The position numbers were made by a program, and so were the translations under genes. 64,000 bases of DNA from the NCBI GenBank assembly GCA_963667175.2, contig CAXXXF010000003.1:513952-577951 (forward strand). The letters run 5' to 3'. Source of the DNA: Candidatus Latescibacterota bacterium (GTDB lineage Bacteria; Latescibacterota; UBA2968; GCA-2709665). Below, in pieces: positions 27,042-36,904 of this stretch; positions within the stretch are counted from its first letter, which is position 1, and each line of letters starts with the position of its first letter. The notes under the pieces were generated by a model, which did no database searches, was not told the DNA's origin, and was given only the letters and a program-made list of their open reading frames with translations.

Positions 27042-28181
27042 TCAATAAATCCCCGGGAACAGCCGGTACTTCACTCGCTGTTTGTACTCGTTCCACTTCT
27101 CGGTCCCGTACTTCTCCTCGCACACCTTGTCGTCGTCGAATTGGCGCCAGGTGAACAGTGACACGATGAAGATCATGTACGTCCATGCCCACAAGTTTGT
27201 GGGGTAGCCGAACACCAAGGCGACCGACAACGCGAGGAATCCCTCGCCCATGTAGTTGAAGTGCCGGGCGACGCCCCAGATGCCGCTGTACAGAATCTTG
27301 CGGTCGCCGGCGACGATGTATTTTTGCTCGATGATGCCCAAGAACTTGCGATCGGGCCACCGCTTGAACCAGTACTTCTGCAAGTTGCCGGCGCGCGAGA
27401 TGCTCCATCCGAACAGGAACAGCACAATCATCGCGCCGAGCAGGATGTTCGAGACCATCGGCGAATAATCGGGGGCGGGATGCACCGCCATCCCCCACAT
27501 CGGCAGGATGTACAGCCAGCCGTAGATGATGAGACCGCCCCAGATCAGCTTGAAGCCGAGATTCTCGTGGATCAGGTCGTAGGTGTAGAGCTGGACGCGC
27601 TCAAATATGAAGTAGTCGAAGATGTAGAAGGTGAAGAACGCGGCGTAGACGTAAACGCCGAGGTTGGCGTTGTCGCCGTGAAGATCGTGATGGTACGCCG
27701 CGCCGGACAGCGCGTTCAGCACCAGCATCGTACCGCCAACGACGTAAAGATACATCTTGAAGTCGACGCGGTTGTTGATGAATGAGTGCTCTAACGCCCG
27801 GCCGTGCCACCAAGCCAGAAACCAGTTCTTCTCCTCGCCTTGCGGCTGGCTCCAGAACGCGATGGTCGCAAAGATGGCGCACAGGACCGTTCCGCCGGCA
27901 ACCGCGTACACCGAAGACTTGTAGAACCATTCGCGCTCCAATCCGAACGGCTCAATCGCCCACACGGCGATCGCGATCAAAAATATCACCAAACCGTTGA
28001 GGCGATAGTCCCTAGGTGCGCCAGTTTTCGCGTCGATGACGTAACCGGGCACCCGCCTCGCCGGGATGACCAGCTGCGCCACGAAAAACGCGATAAAGAC
28101 CGCCAACGGGGTGAGGAACCCGGCGATCGCTCCCATTGCGGAAAGCTCGAATAGATGACTGATACCAAGCCATTCAATCAC
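27042..28181 (-). CDS. ERG4/ERG24-family sterol reductase, paralog 2
   Basis: YRLNG, DLIHENLGF, QKYWFK, SGIWGVARHFNYMGE, DDKVCEEKYG..W.EY...VKYR..PGIY; GTG start aligned with the paralog. Confidence 0.88.
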   Translation of the reverse strand: MIEWLGISHLFELSAMGAIAGFLTPLAVFIAFFVAQLVIPARRVPGYVIDAKTGAPRDYRLNGLVIFLIAIAVWAIEPFGLEREWFYKSSVYAVAGGTVLCAIFATIAFWSQPQGEEKNWFLAWWHGRALEHSFINNRVDFKMYLYVVGGTMLVLNALSGAAYHHDLHGDNANLGVYVYAAFFTFYIFDYFIFERVQLYTYDLIHENLGFKLIWGGLIIYGWLYILPMWGMAVHPAPDYSPMVSNILLGAMIVLFLFGWSISRAGNLQKYWFKRWPDRKFLGIIEQKYIVAGDRKILYSGIWGVARHFNYMGEGFLALSVALVFGYPTNLWAWTYMIFIVSLFTWRQFDDDKVCEEKYGTEKWNEYKQRVKYRLFPGIY

Positions 28182-28306
28182 GACGATTTCACCTTTCTCC
28201 AGAGACGCAGTCTCCAACGCGCCCATTGGTCAGGCTACAGAATAACCCATCCGCGACTGCGCGCAGCGTAAGCAGGAGCCGCTCCGTCAACTGACTGATT
28301 ACCTCA

Positions 28307-29449
28307 TCAGTAAATCCCGGGGATGATGCGGTACTTGACCTTTGCCTGGTACTCAGCCCATTTTTCATCGCCGTACTTCTCGGCGCAGAGCCGATCATCG
28401 TCGCGTTGCCGCCAGGTGAAGAGCACGAGAACGTAGATGACGTAGAGCCACGCCCACATGTTGGTGAAGAAGTAGCCGAATGCCAAAGCCATCGCGACGG
28501 CGTAAAACAACTCTCCGAGATAGTTGAGATGCCGGGCGAGCCCCCACATTCCGCTGTGCAAGATCTTCCGATCCCCGGCTTGAATGTACCGCGGCTCGAT
28601 CAAACCCAAAAACTTACGATCTGGCCAACGCTTGAACGTGTACTTCTGCATGTTGGCGCCACGCGAGATGATCCAACCCATCAGATACAGCGCTGGCGTG
28701 CCGATCAGCAAGACGTACGTCCACAGGTCCGAGAGGTCTGGAGCCGGATGCGCCGCCATTCCCCACAGCGGGATGATGAACAGCCAACCGTAGACCATCA
28801 GTCCGCCCCAGAACATCTTGAAGCCCAAGTTTTCGTGAATCACGTCGTACGTGTAGAGCTGCACCCGCTCGAAGATGTAGTAATCCACTACGTACCACGT
28901 CCAGAACGCGGCGTACAAGATGACGCCGGGGTTGAAATCATCACCGTACTGTTTGTAGTTGTACGCCGCGCCGGACATTGCGTTGAGGGACAACATCGTC
29001 CCTCCCACGACATAGAACCACATCTTGATGTCGACCCGCTCGTTGAAGAACGATATCTCCCGAACTCGTCCGTGCCAAAGCGCTAAGAAACGGTTCTTGA
29101 CCTCGCCTTCTGGGTACCGGAACACGGCAATCAACGAGAAGATGAAAGTGAAGACCGTACCGCCAGCCACTGCGTACAGCGACGATCGGTAGAACCAGTC
29201 GCGCGGCATACCGGTCAACTCGAACCACCAGACCAAGACGGCGATCGCAAAGACCAGAATCCCGTTCAAGCGGTAGTTTCGTGGCTCGCCCGTCGCCGGA
29301 TTGATCACGTAACCCGGCACCCGTATCGCCGGCAGGACCGCTTGCGCCACGAAGAACACCACGAAGATCGCCAACGGCGTGAAAAACGCCGCGGTGGCTT
29401 CCATTGCCGATAGCTCTGTCAGGTGCTCAATGCCGAGCCACTCGATCAT
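28307..29449 (-). CDS. ERG4/ERG24-family sterol reductase, paralog 1
   Basis: YRLNG, DVIHENLGF, SGMWGLARHLNYLGE, RDDDRLCAEKYG..W.EY...VKYRIIPGIY. Confidence 0.88.
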   Translation of the reverse strand: MIEWLGIEHLTELSAMEATAAFFTPLAIFVVFFVAQAVLPAIRVPGYVINPATGEPRNYRLNGILVFAIAVLVWWFELTGMPRDWFYRSSLYAVAGGTVFTFIFSLIAVFRYPEGEVKNRFLALWHGRVREISFFNERVDIKMWFYVVGGTMLSLNAMSGAAYNYKQYGDDFNPGVILYAAFWTWYVVDYYIFERVQLYTYDVIHENLGFKMFWGGLMVYGWLFIIPLWGMAAHPAPDLSDLWTYVLLIGTPALYLMGWIISRGANMQKYTFKRWPDRKFLGLIEPRYIQAGDRKILHSGMWGLARHLNYLGELFYAVAMALAFGYFFTNMWAWLYVIYVLVLFTWRQRDDDRLCAEKYGDEKWAEYQAKVKYRIIPGIY

Positions 29450-29614
29450 GGCGGGGTGCCCCTTGCGTTGAAATCATTGAAACGTCGGACATGGGCAAAG
29501 ACTAACTCAATCATGCGACACCCGTTGACTCAAGAGCGGACCTGCTCCGCTTTGGAGTACCTCGCGAACCGACCTCTCAATCAAATCTCGAGGGACTTCA
29601 CCCTTGTTGCGACT

Positions 29615-30202
29615 CTATCCAACCTTGACCACAACGGTATCGAACATCCGGTCATGCCATCCCCTACCACGATCATCCATCGCCATCCATACATGATTCG
29701 CTAGCGTCAAAACCGCCGCAACTCCCCATCCCCAGATCAACCAAAAGACTTGCACCGTGCCAAGCAAGTTCGAGTTAAGCATTCCGGCAACAACGAACAG
29801 GAACGGCACCGGCAAAAAGATCGCAAACAGCAAAGGGCTACCCAAAAACAGCCTCGCCAACGCGCGGACCCTACCGATCCGGTTCCCATCGGTAGCCACT
29901 ATTCGCAGCCCAAACAGACGATGTCCAAACGTGTCCCCTTTCGACGAAACCCTGATCCCCGTTGCTACATGCCCAAAAATCATGACCACGACCGCCACTG
30001 GCAACCCGAAGTAAACGAGCCCTGCCGTGAAATTCACTTGAAACGAATACTCACCCCTAACCACCAATGCGGCAATGGTCGCGAATCCCGTTCCCGCCAA
30101 CACACCCCAACTTAGCGCCATGATCCAATCCACGACGCCCGCCGCCAACCTTCGCCAAACCAATCCAAAATCCCAGACCATCACGCTAGCCAAAAGAATC
30201 AC
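29615..30202 (-). CDS. RDD family membrane protein
   Basis: RRLAAGVVD, TFGHRLFGLRIV, GWHDRMFDTVV. Confidence 0.8.
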   Translation of the reverse strand: MILLASVMVWDFGLVWRRLAAGVVDWIMALSWGVLAGTGFATIAALVVRGEYSFQVNFTAGLVYFGLPVAVVVMIFGHVATGIRVSSKGDTFGHRLFGLRIVATDGNRIGRVRALARLFLGSPLLFAIFLPVPFLFVVAGMLNSNLLGTVQVFWLIWGWGVAAVLTLANHVWMAMDDRGRGWHDRMFDTVVVKVG

Positions 30203-30211
30203 GGACTGAAC

Positions 30212-30634
30212 TCACCGACAGTCCTGCCTCCCGGCGTTTTCGAGGTCGACAACGATCTCGACGGGCGCGTTACGTGCGACGATCAACACCAGATCATCTT
30301 TGTCGGAGGTGTTGACCGGCTGGTGGTTCGAGTCTGGCGGGACGTAGATGAAATCTCCAGGGGTGATCGGCTCTTCGATTTCAAGGTCTTTGCCGTGCAG
30401 AAACAGTCCCTCGCCGCTGACGATGTAGATCGCCGACTCGCAGTTGACGTGGTAGTGCGCCGTCGAACAACGGCCCGGCGGAACCGTCGCAATCGCCAGA
30501 TGGATGCCCGTCGATCCAGTCAATGCCTCCGAGACACCCGCGAGCCGCGTCATCGCACCGCTCGCAATCTCTACTTCAAGATTGTCGCCCTTTGTGATTA
30601 CGCAAGGGTTATGCGTGTTGTGCGGATTTGTCAC
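30212..30634 (-). CDS. Cupin domain protein (start uncertain)
   Basis: AHYH..CESAIY..SG and PGDFIYVPP...HQP.N. Confidence 0.8.
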   Translation of the reverse strand: MTNPHNTHNPCVITKGDNLEVEIASGAMTRLAGVSEALTGSTGIHLAIATVPPGRCSTAHYHVNCESAIYIVSGEGLFLHGKDLEIEEPITPGDFIYVPPDSNHQPVNTSDKDDLVLIVARNAPVEIVVDLENAGRQDCR

Positions 30635-30648
30635 GCCAGATTGAACCC

Positions 30649-31731
30649 TCACATCACCACGACCGAGCGCAGCACCTCGCCACGTTCCATCTTGTGGAAT
30701 GCCTCTTCGACGTCGCCGATTTCTATCGACTCCGACACGAAGCTGTCCAGGTCGAGACGTCCTTGCATGTAGAGGTCGATGTACATCGGAAAGTCGCGTG
30801 TTGGCAGACAATCGCCGTACCACGACGACTTCAACGATCCACCGCGTCCGAAAACCTCGATCATCGGCAGCTCGATCTTCATCTCTGGATTCGGTACGCC
30901 GACTAACACCACCGTCCCCGCAAGGTCGCGGGCGAAGAATGCTTGTTCGTAGGTCTGCGGCAATCCCACCGCTTCGATGCAGACATCCGCGCCGTTGCCG
31001 TCGGTGATGCCTTGAATCGCCTCCACCGCGTCGGTTTCACGCGAGTTGACGGTGTGCGTCGCGCCGAATCGCTGCGCCCACTCCAGTTTTTGGTCATCGA
31101 TATCGACCGCGATGATCGTGTGCGCGCCGGCCAGCTTTGCGCCGGCAATCGCCGCATCGCCGACACCGCCACATCCGAACACCGCGACGGAATCGCCGCG
31201 CGACACTCCGCCGGTGTTAATCGCCGAGCCGAGCCCGGCCATGATTCCGCAACCGATCAATCCCGCCGCTTTGGGGTCGGCGTCAGGGTTGACCTTAACC
31301 GCTTGACCAGCGGCAACCAGCGTCAACTCTGCGAACGCGCCAATGCCAAGTGCCGGAGAAAGCGGCGTACCGTCTTCCATCGTCATCTGCTGGGACGCGT
31401 TTAGGCTGTCGAAGCAGTACCAAGGACGTCCGCGCTGACACGATCGACAAGTCGTGCATGGTGCGCGCCAAGCGATGATGACGAAGTCGCCGGGTGCCAC
31501 GTTGTCGACGTTGTCGCCGACCTTTTCCACGATTCCTGCCGCTTCGTGGCCCAGGAAATAAGGGAATTCATCGCCGATCGCACCTTCGCGATAGTGCAGG
31601 TCGGTATGGCAAACACCGCTCGCCTGCACGCGTATCAAAGCCTCGCCCGGTCCCGGGTCTGGCACCAAGATCGTTTCGAGTGTAACTGGCGCGCCTTTCG
31701 CCTTGGAAGCTACTGCTTGAACCTTGTTCAT
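30649..31731 (-). CDS. S-(hydroxymethyl)mycothiol dehydrogenase-like Zn-dependent dehydrogenase
   Basis: [56 protein letters not shown] resemble actinobacterial MscR/AdhE2. Confidence 0.85.
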   Translation of the reverse strand: MNKVQAVASKAKGAPVTLETILVPDPGPGEALIRVQASGVCHTDLHYREGAIGDEFPYFLGHEAAGIVEKVGDNVDNVAPGDFVIIAWRAPCTTCRSCQRGRPWYCFDSLNASQQMTMEDGTPLSPALGIGAFAELTLVAAGQAVKVNPDADPKAAGLIGCGIMAGLGSAINTGGVSRGDSVAVFGCGGVGDAAIAGAKLAGAHTIIAVDIDDQKLEWAQRFGATHTVNSRETDAVEAIQGITDGNGADVCIEAVGLPQTYEQAFFARDLAGTVVLVGVPNPEMKIELPMIEVFGRGGSLKSSWYGDCLPTRDFPMYIDLYMQGRLDLDSFVSESIEIGDVEEAFHKMERGEVLRSVVVM

Positions 31732-31927
31732 TTCAAACCCTGATGCCTTTCTTTCCTTTTCGCCTACATATCGCAATCGGGATTATACGGCATACCGAGA
31801 TTCGATACCCCAAACAAGCAGAATCGCCCCCGCGCATCTCGAGTGGTCGCAACGAGAATGGCGGGGGCGGTAATGGTTGAGGGCTAATAGGAGGCTTGGC
31901 CCTCAGAAATCCGAGCGGACCGGGCGG

Positions 31928-32137
31928 TTACTCCATCAGCGCCGGGACCGCGGTGAGGCTTATCACACCGGCAATGGCCACTAGGACGTAGACCAGTCGC
32001 GTGAAGCCGTTGGTCTCGCCGAACTTCAGATTGCCGCCGATGAATGCCACCAAGTCCCACTTGAACAGACCGACCAGGCCCCAGTTCAGCGCACCTACTA
32101 CCGCTAGAACTATCGCGATTACCTGAATGATTTCCAT
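31928..32137 (-). CDS. DUF378 small membrane protein
   Basis: VGALNWGLVGLF.WDLV, RLVYVLV; AGGAGG Shine-Dalgarno. Confidence 0.85.
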   Translation of the reverse strand: MEIIQVIAIVLAVVGALNWGLVGLFKWDLVAFIGGNLKFGETNGFTRLVYVLVAIAGVISLTAVPALME

Positions 32138-32173
32138 CTGGATTCCTCCTTTAGACTTGTGAGGGGATATAAG

Positions 32174-32220
32174 ATATATATAACATCATGCTTCATTATT
32201 GAAGAATATACACAACATCA
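32174..32220. promoter_or_regulatory. Candidate operator in the divergent intergenic region
   Basis: Direct repeats ATATATATAACATCA (32174) and ATATACACAACATCA (32206) flanking the palindrome CTTCA-TTAT-TGAAG. Confidence 0.45.
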
Positions 32221-32249
32221 ATCGCTAGCCCAGTTCCGAGACACCACAC

Positions 32250-33134
32250 ATGGTCACGAAAGCATCAATCGCCGAGGTCCGAAGTCGGTACGTCAACGCC
32301 GCGATTCTCGGCGACGCATCCCTAGCGAGGTCGGTCATCCAGCAAGCGACCGACGGTGGCGTCACGCCGTGCGAGGTCTACTTGAGCGTTCTGGCTCCCG
32401 CACAGGTCAAACTCGGCGACCTTTGGCACGCCGGCAAGATCAACATCGCTCAAGAGCATCTCGCAACTTCTATCACGATGCAGCTGATGGACCTGCAACG
32501 GCAGGCGATGAAACCGCGCAATCCCATCGGTCTGCGAGCCGTCGTCACGCCGGTCGAGGGTGACATGCACTTCATCGGTGCGAGGATGTTTGCCGACTTG
32601 CTCATCATGGACGGTTGGGATGTCGATTTCTTCTGGAACCCAGCGCCGGCTGACGACCTCGTCGAATATGTGCAACAGCGACGCGTTCATCTGCTCGCGC
32701 TCGCGTCGACCGTGCCGGAGCAGCTGCCAAACGTCGTGAGCGTCTGCGATCAACTTCGCTCCCTCGATCCGCCGCGCCCAAAGACGCTACTCGGCGGTGC
32801 CGCGTTGAACACAACCGGAGTCGATATCCACTCACTAGGGGTCGACGCCATCGCAAACGACTTAGGCGAAGCCGTCAAACAGGCGCGGGAGCTCGTCGGA
32901 TACCGCGAAGAACCGCCGACGCTGGAAGAACAGCTCATTTTCATCGGCCGCAACGTCCGCGCCGCGCGCACCCAGTCCAAACTGACCCAGAAGCAACTCG
33001 CTGAAGCCGCTGATCTCGACCGCACCTACATCAGTCTCGTCGAACACGGCAAACAGAACCCGACCATCGCCGCCCTCCTACGCATCGCCGATGCCGTCCA
33101 AACCCCCATCAGCGACCTCCTCAGTCACTCTTGA
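32250..33134 (+). CDS. Cobalamin-binding regulator with C-terminal XRE HTH
   Basis: W-x9-EH (WHAGKINIAQEH), DxH-type (GDMHFIG), LGG; C-terminal LTQKQLAEAADLDRTYISLVEHGKQNPT. Confidence 0.85.
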   Translation: MVTKASIAEVRSRYVNAAILGDASLARSVIQQATDGGVTPCEVYLSVLAPAQVKLGDLWHAGKINIAQEHLATSITMQLMDLQRQAMKPRNPIGLRAVVTPVEGDMHFIGARMFADLLIMDGWDVDFFWNPAPADDLVEYVQQRRVHLLALASTVPEQLPNVVSVCDQLRSLDPPRPKTLLGGAALNTTGVDIHSLGVDAIANDLGEAVKQARELVGYREEPPTLEEQLIFIGRNVRAARTQSKLTQKQLAEAADLDRTYISLVEHGKQNPTIAALLRIADAVQTPISDLLSHS

Positions 33135-33299
33135 GTGACCAGACCGCAACAGCCCGTTCCCTGAACCACGCCCGCGAATCCCTTGCGGACTGCCTGACGA
33201 ATGCCTTATTCCGTACGCCGAGATTCTTAACATTTCGGTTAAGGGAACAAAATCCGTCTCGCGCACGTCTTCTTCTCAAGTCGAGAGGAGAAAAACCAA

Positions 33300-34646
33300 A
33301 TGACCAAGCACTTCCAACCTGACCTGATCGCAATCAACACACGCCGTCTCTTGCACATCGCCGCGCTGATGATGCTGTGCGCCGTTGCTGTTGGCATCGC
33401 CGCCTGCGGAGATTCGGGCGATTCCGCCGAGACCGAGGTCCAGGCCGCGCCGACCATCGCGCCTACCGCGACGCTGGAACCCGAACCGGTTCACGACGAT
33501 CATGATGACGACGCAGTCGAAGCACCCGCGGCCGACGACGCTGACCACAGCGATGGCGAATCAAACGAAGAGTCAAAGTCCGACGACCACGATTCCGACG
33601 CCGACGACAGCACCGTCAGCACGTCGAATCAAGTCACCGGATCAGATTCGTTCGGTTGGTCGCAGAACGAAGCGTTGCGCGGCGCCGAACCGCTGAACCT
33701 CGTCGATTGGACGCAACTGCCAACGCTATCGCTCGGCGCCCTCGACGCGAGCGGCGTCCTCGAGGATGGCACAGTGCTTTTCGATCCCACGGTCGGTGAA
33801 GGCGCGGCGTTTGCCATCTACCACGTCAACTACGACGATGAACCGATGCTGGTGATCCTGCCGAATCTCGGGCCGATGTCGATCTGGGACACCGACCTCA
33901 CCGTAGCCGAGATGGACTACGAGTTCGAGGCAGAATCTTTCACCTTCACCGCATACTCGCCCCTGTTTTTCGACGCCACACCTTCAGACTTGAAACTCCA
34001 CGTCTACGGTTTCGACAGCGACGGCAATCCCGCGCTTCTAGCCGTTAGCGACATCGGGTTCGGCGACGGGATCATGACCGAACCGGCAGAACCGGCGCAT
34101 GACCATGATCACGAAGACGGCGAAGACTCTTCGTCGGCGTCATCCGACGAAGCCAAAGACGATCATTCAGAGCCTAACGGCGAAGACGTAGTGGTGAGTA
34201 ACGAGAATCAAGTATCCGGCGGATACGCGTTTGAGTGGACCGAGAACCAGGCCCTAGTTGATGCCGAACCGCTGGATGTGGTCACATGGACCTCCGGCCC
34301 GACGCTCGGGCTTGGCGAACTCTATGGCGAAGGCACGCTAGACATCGACGCGGTGCTCTTCGACCCGAACGTCGGCGATGGCGCCGCGCTCGCCGTCTAC
34401 CACGTCAACTACGACTCCGATCCCATGATCGTACTGCTGCCGAGCCTCGGTCCGACGATGATTTGGGAAACCGACCACACCGTCGCCGAGATGGACTACG
34501 AAGTAGACGGACGGAACTTCACCTTCCGCGCCTACTCGCCCCTCTTCTTCGACGGCAACGCCGCCGACATCAAACTCCGCATATACGGCTACGACCAAAA
34601 CCACAACCCATCCCTCCTAGCCATCAGCGACATCAACCCGCAGTAA
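33300..34646 (+). CDS. Acidic lipoprotein with two internal repeat domains and His/Asp-rich linkers
   Basis: IAAC lipobox; duplicated VLFDP.VG.GAA.A.YHVNYD..PM...LP.LGP...W.TD.TVAEMDYE...FTF.AYSPLFFD. Confidence 0.75.
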   Translation: MTKHFQPDLIAINTRRLLHIAALMMLCAVAVGIAACGDSGDSAETEVQAAPTIAPTATLEPEPVHDDHDDDAVEAPAADDADHSDGESNEESKSDDHDSDADDSTVSTSNQVTGSDSFGWSQNEALRGAEPLNLVDWTQLPTLSLGALDASGVLEDGTVLFDPTVGEGAAFAIYHVNYDDEPMLVILPNLGPMSIWDTDLTVAEMDYEFEAESFTFTAYSPLFFDATPSDLKLHVYGFDSDGNPALLAVSDIGFGDGIMTEPAEPAHDHDHEDGEDSSSASSDEAKDDHSEPNGEDVVVSNENQVSGGYAFEWTENQALVDAEPLDVVTWTSGPTLGLGELYGEGTLDIDAVLFDPNVGDGAALAVYHVNYDSDPMIVLLPSLGPTMIWETDHTVAEMDYEVDGRNFTFRAYSPLFFDGNAADIKLRIYGYDQNHNPSLLAISDINPQ

Positions 34647-34654
34647 TGGCGGTT

Positions 34655-35156
34655 TCCCCCCTTCGTACCGCAAGTTCCCCCCTTCGCACAGCGTAAGGGG
34701 GGCTAGGGGGGATGCCCTAGTAGGCGTTCCACAAGCGGCGTCCGTCAAATTGCCTGCCTGGGCATTCCCCGCTCACATCGCTTTGCTCGTTCGCGCCCCC
34801 TTACGCTGAAGCTAAGGGGGCGTACTGACATCACGCATCCCTTAGGGGCACCCCCTTGTGGGTGCCCTATGGACGCTTCATGCGTAATTCGCGCCGTTTC
34901 AGTTATCATCCCGAGCTCACAAATTGTCATTCTGAGCTCATGAATCGTCATTCCGAACGTAGCGAGGAATCTCTCCGCAACTACCCCTTCGTACCGCAAG
35001 TTCCCCCCTTCGCAAAGCGTAAGGGGGGCTAGGGGGGATGCCCTGGCAGGTGTTCCACAAGCGACGCCCGTCAAATTGCCTGCCAGCGCATCCCCCGCTC
35101 ACATCGCTTCGCTCGTTCGCGCCCCCTTACGCTGAAGCGAAGGGGGCGTACTGACA
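34655..35156. repeat. Composite intergenic repeat: two ~170-bp direct copies of CCCC/GGGG palindromes around GTAG-type and CGTC-type units
   Basis: 34659-34830 and 34986-35156 near-identical; TAGGGGCACCCCTTGTGGGTGCCC-like unit near 34842; GTCATTCCGAACGTAGCGAGGAATCT near 34947. Confidence 0.85.
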
Positions 35157-35184
35157 CCCACCAAACCGCCGGGCCCGCGCGCGC

Positions 35185-36345
35185 CTAGTTCTCCCCCACC
35201 GCGTCCTCTACCAATGCTCTCAAATCCGCCTCAATCCCTTCCCATTTCTGATTGAGATTCAACGTGTAAACCCAAAACGGATGACCATCGATCTTCGTCC
35301 GAAAATCGAGGTCGTGTTTGGTTGTTTGGGCGTATAGCAGAATGCCGGTCGCGCCGCGGTGATTGGTACCGCGATGGTCTTGCGATGCAAGATACGCGTA
35401 CATCTGGTAAAGGTTGCTGGAATGGACCGTCGGAGTGCCGAAGCGTTCCGAGACGACCGAACGGTACCACTTGGTGTCGGCTACTACGATCTTCCCGGAT
35501 TCTCGGTGCGTCAATACGATGTCGGGACGCATCGTCGGCAACCTCGCATCACCAATCGATTCCGATCCAGTTTCGTTCCACCGTTGCTGCGTTTGCGAAG
35601 CGACGTTCCAACCCCTTCCCTGCAACTCGATCATGCAGAAGTTCGCGACGAACTGCTCGAAAATCTCGTTTTCCCTCTGTTGGACCCAGTCCCGGAAATC
35701 ATCACTCACATCATCTTCCGAATCCATCGGCATTTTGGGCATGTAAAGCATCTCACAGACGCGCAACATCAGTTTGTATTCACGTTCGTTCGGACCGAGT
35801 TTTTGCATCTCGTTCGAGATCAGCGAACGGTCCAGTTCAACCCGATCGATGCCGTCCATCGTCCGAACCAGTCGTTCGACATCGAATTTCAGCGCATTGA
35901 TTTGATCGTTGTTCAATCCTTCGAAACCGCTTCGTGATTGCCGTTGCAAAGTCGTCGCGATGATCTGGTTACGAGGGACATTCAGCGAGTACTCTTGATA
36001 TTCGCAGTGCAGTTGACCCTTGTACATCAACAGGTCGCTCAACGTCCGATTGAAATCGATACGCCCTCGGACCATCTTCAGCGGCTCGGATCGGTCAACG
36101 TAGTCACCCCGCAAGCCGCGTCTGATCTGACGGTTGGTTAGTTCGACGAGAATCCGAGTCAACAGTTCTCGCAGGTTAGGCGCCGACTCCCATTTCGCAT
36201 CGAAAAGTCCTTCCAGCTCCACCAAATCCCACGCGTACAGCAGCATGTGCCACCAGTTGCGGACGGGAATCCTGTCCGTGTTTCGTTCGTTGCCGGAGTT
36301 TCGTTCATTTTCGGCAACGTACGGGCGCGCCTGTTGAGTCGTCAT
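35185..36345 (-). CDS. mcrC: McrC-family restriction nuclease subunit
   Basis: IPVRN...MLLYAWD, RRGL..DY, RGRIDF, FEQFV.NF, PDIVL...DTKWY, NLYQMYAY. Confidence 0.88.
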   Translation of the reverse strand: MTTQQARPYVAENERNSGNERNTDRIPVRNWWHMLLYAWDLVELEGLFDAKWESAPNLRELLTRILVELTNRQIRRGLRGDYVDRSEPLKMVRGRIDFNRTLSDLLMYKGQLHCEYQEYSLNVPRNQIIATTLQRQSRSGFEGLNNDQINALKFDVERLVRTMDGIDRVELDRSLISNEMQKLGPNEREYKLMLRVCEMLYMPKMPMDSEDDVSDDFRDWVQQRENEIFEQFVANFCMIELQGRGWNVASQTQQRWNETGSESIGDARLPTMRPDIVLTHRESGKIVVADTKWYRSVVSERFGTPTVHSSNLYQMYAYLASQDHRGTNHRGATGILLYAQTTKHDLDFRTKIDGHPFWVYTLNLNQKWEGIEADLRALVEDAVGEN

Positions 36346-36370
36346 TTCGAACCGCGCGTTCTACCCTAGA

Positions 36371-36580
36371 TCAAGCATCATCAAGTTCATCTCTGGATAT
36401 TCCCAAATTCTTGATGATATTCAGTGGCGTGCCGGTCCTAAGGTCCCGATTGCCATGGCGCGGAATCGTCGCCGTGGAACCCGTTTTGTCATTTGCCCAA
36501 ATTTCATGGCTGCCGCGTGCCTGACGTACTCGCACACAACCAAGCCTTCTGAGTTTGCGGGTGAGTTCACTATAGGTCAA
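36371..36580 (-). CDS. hicA: HicA-family toxin
   Basis: L.RLG..VRQARGSHEIW, IPRH..RDL..GT...I.K.LGI. Confidence 0.85.
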   Translation of the reverse strand: MTYSELTRKLRRLGCVRVRQARGSHEIWANDKTGSTATIPRHGNRDLRTGTPLNIIKNLGISRDELDDA

Positions 36581-36855
36581 ACCGAAACCTCGAGGACGCG
36601 CGGCTCCGTATAGGACTCCTCTTCGGCCGGTACCAACGCAAATCCAGCAGGAAGTTCATACCCCCGCTCACGGTATACGCTGATAGTCTCGGTCACAACG
36701 GATCTCAAGTTATCGATCGTTTCTTCTTCGGAATCTCCCCAAGCTACACAGTTCGGGAACGACGGCACCTCAGCCATGTACTTGTCAGGTTCGGTGGACT
36801 CCGACGGATCATACAGCACACATCGCAGGCGATAGTACTTAGCTTTGGTGGTCAT
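36577..36855 (-). CDS. hicB: HicB-family antitoxin (short, no DNA-binding domain)
   Basis: YMAEVPSFPNCVAWGDSEEETIDNL...G.ELP; overlaps the hicA start. Confidence 0.85.
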   Translation of the reverse strand: MTTKAKYYRLRCVLYDPSESTEPDKYMAEVPSFPNCVAWGDSEEETIDNLRSVVTETISVYRERGYELPAGFALVPAEEESYTEPRVLEVSV

Positions 36856-36904
36856 TGCGATACTCCCCAAGGTTGAGATTCAATCACAATCCTACTATCC
36901 CGTG

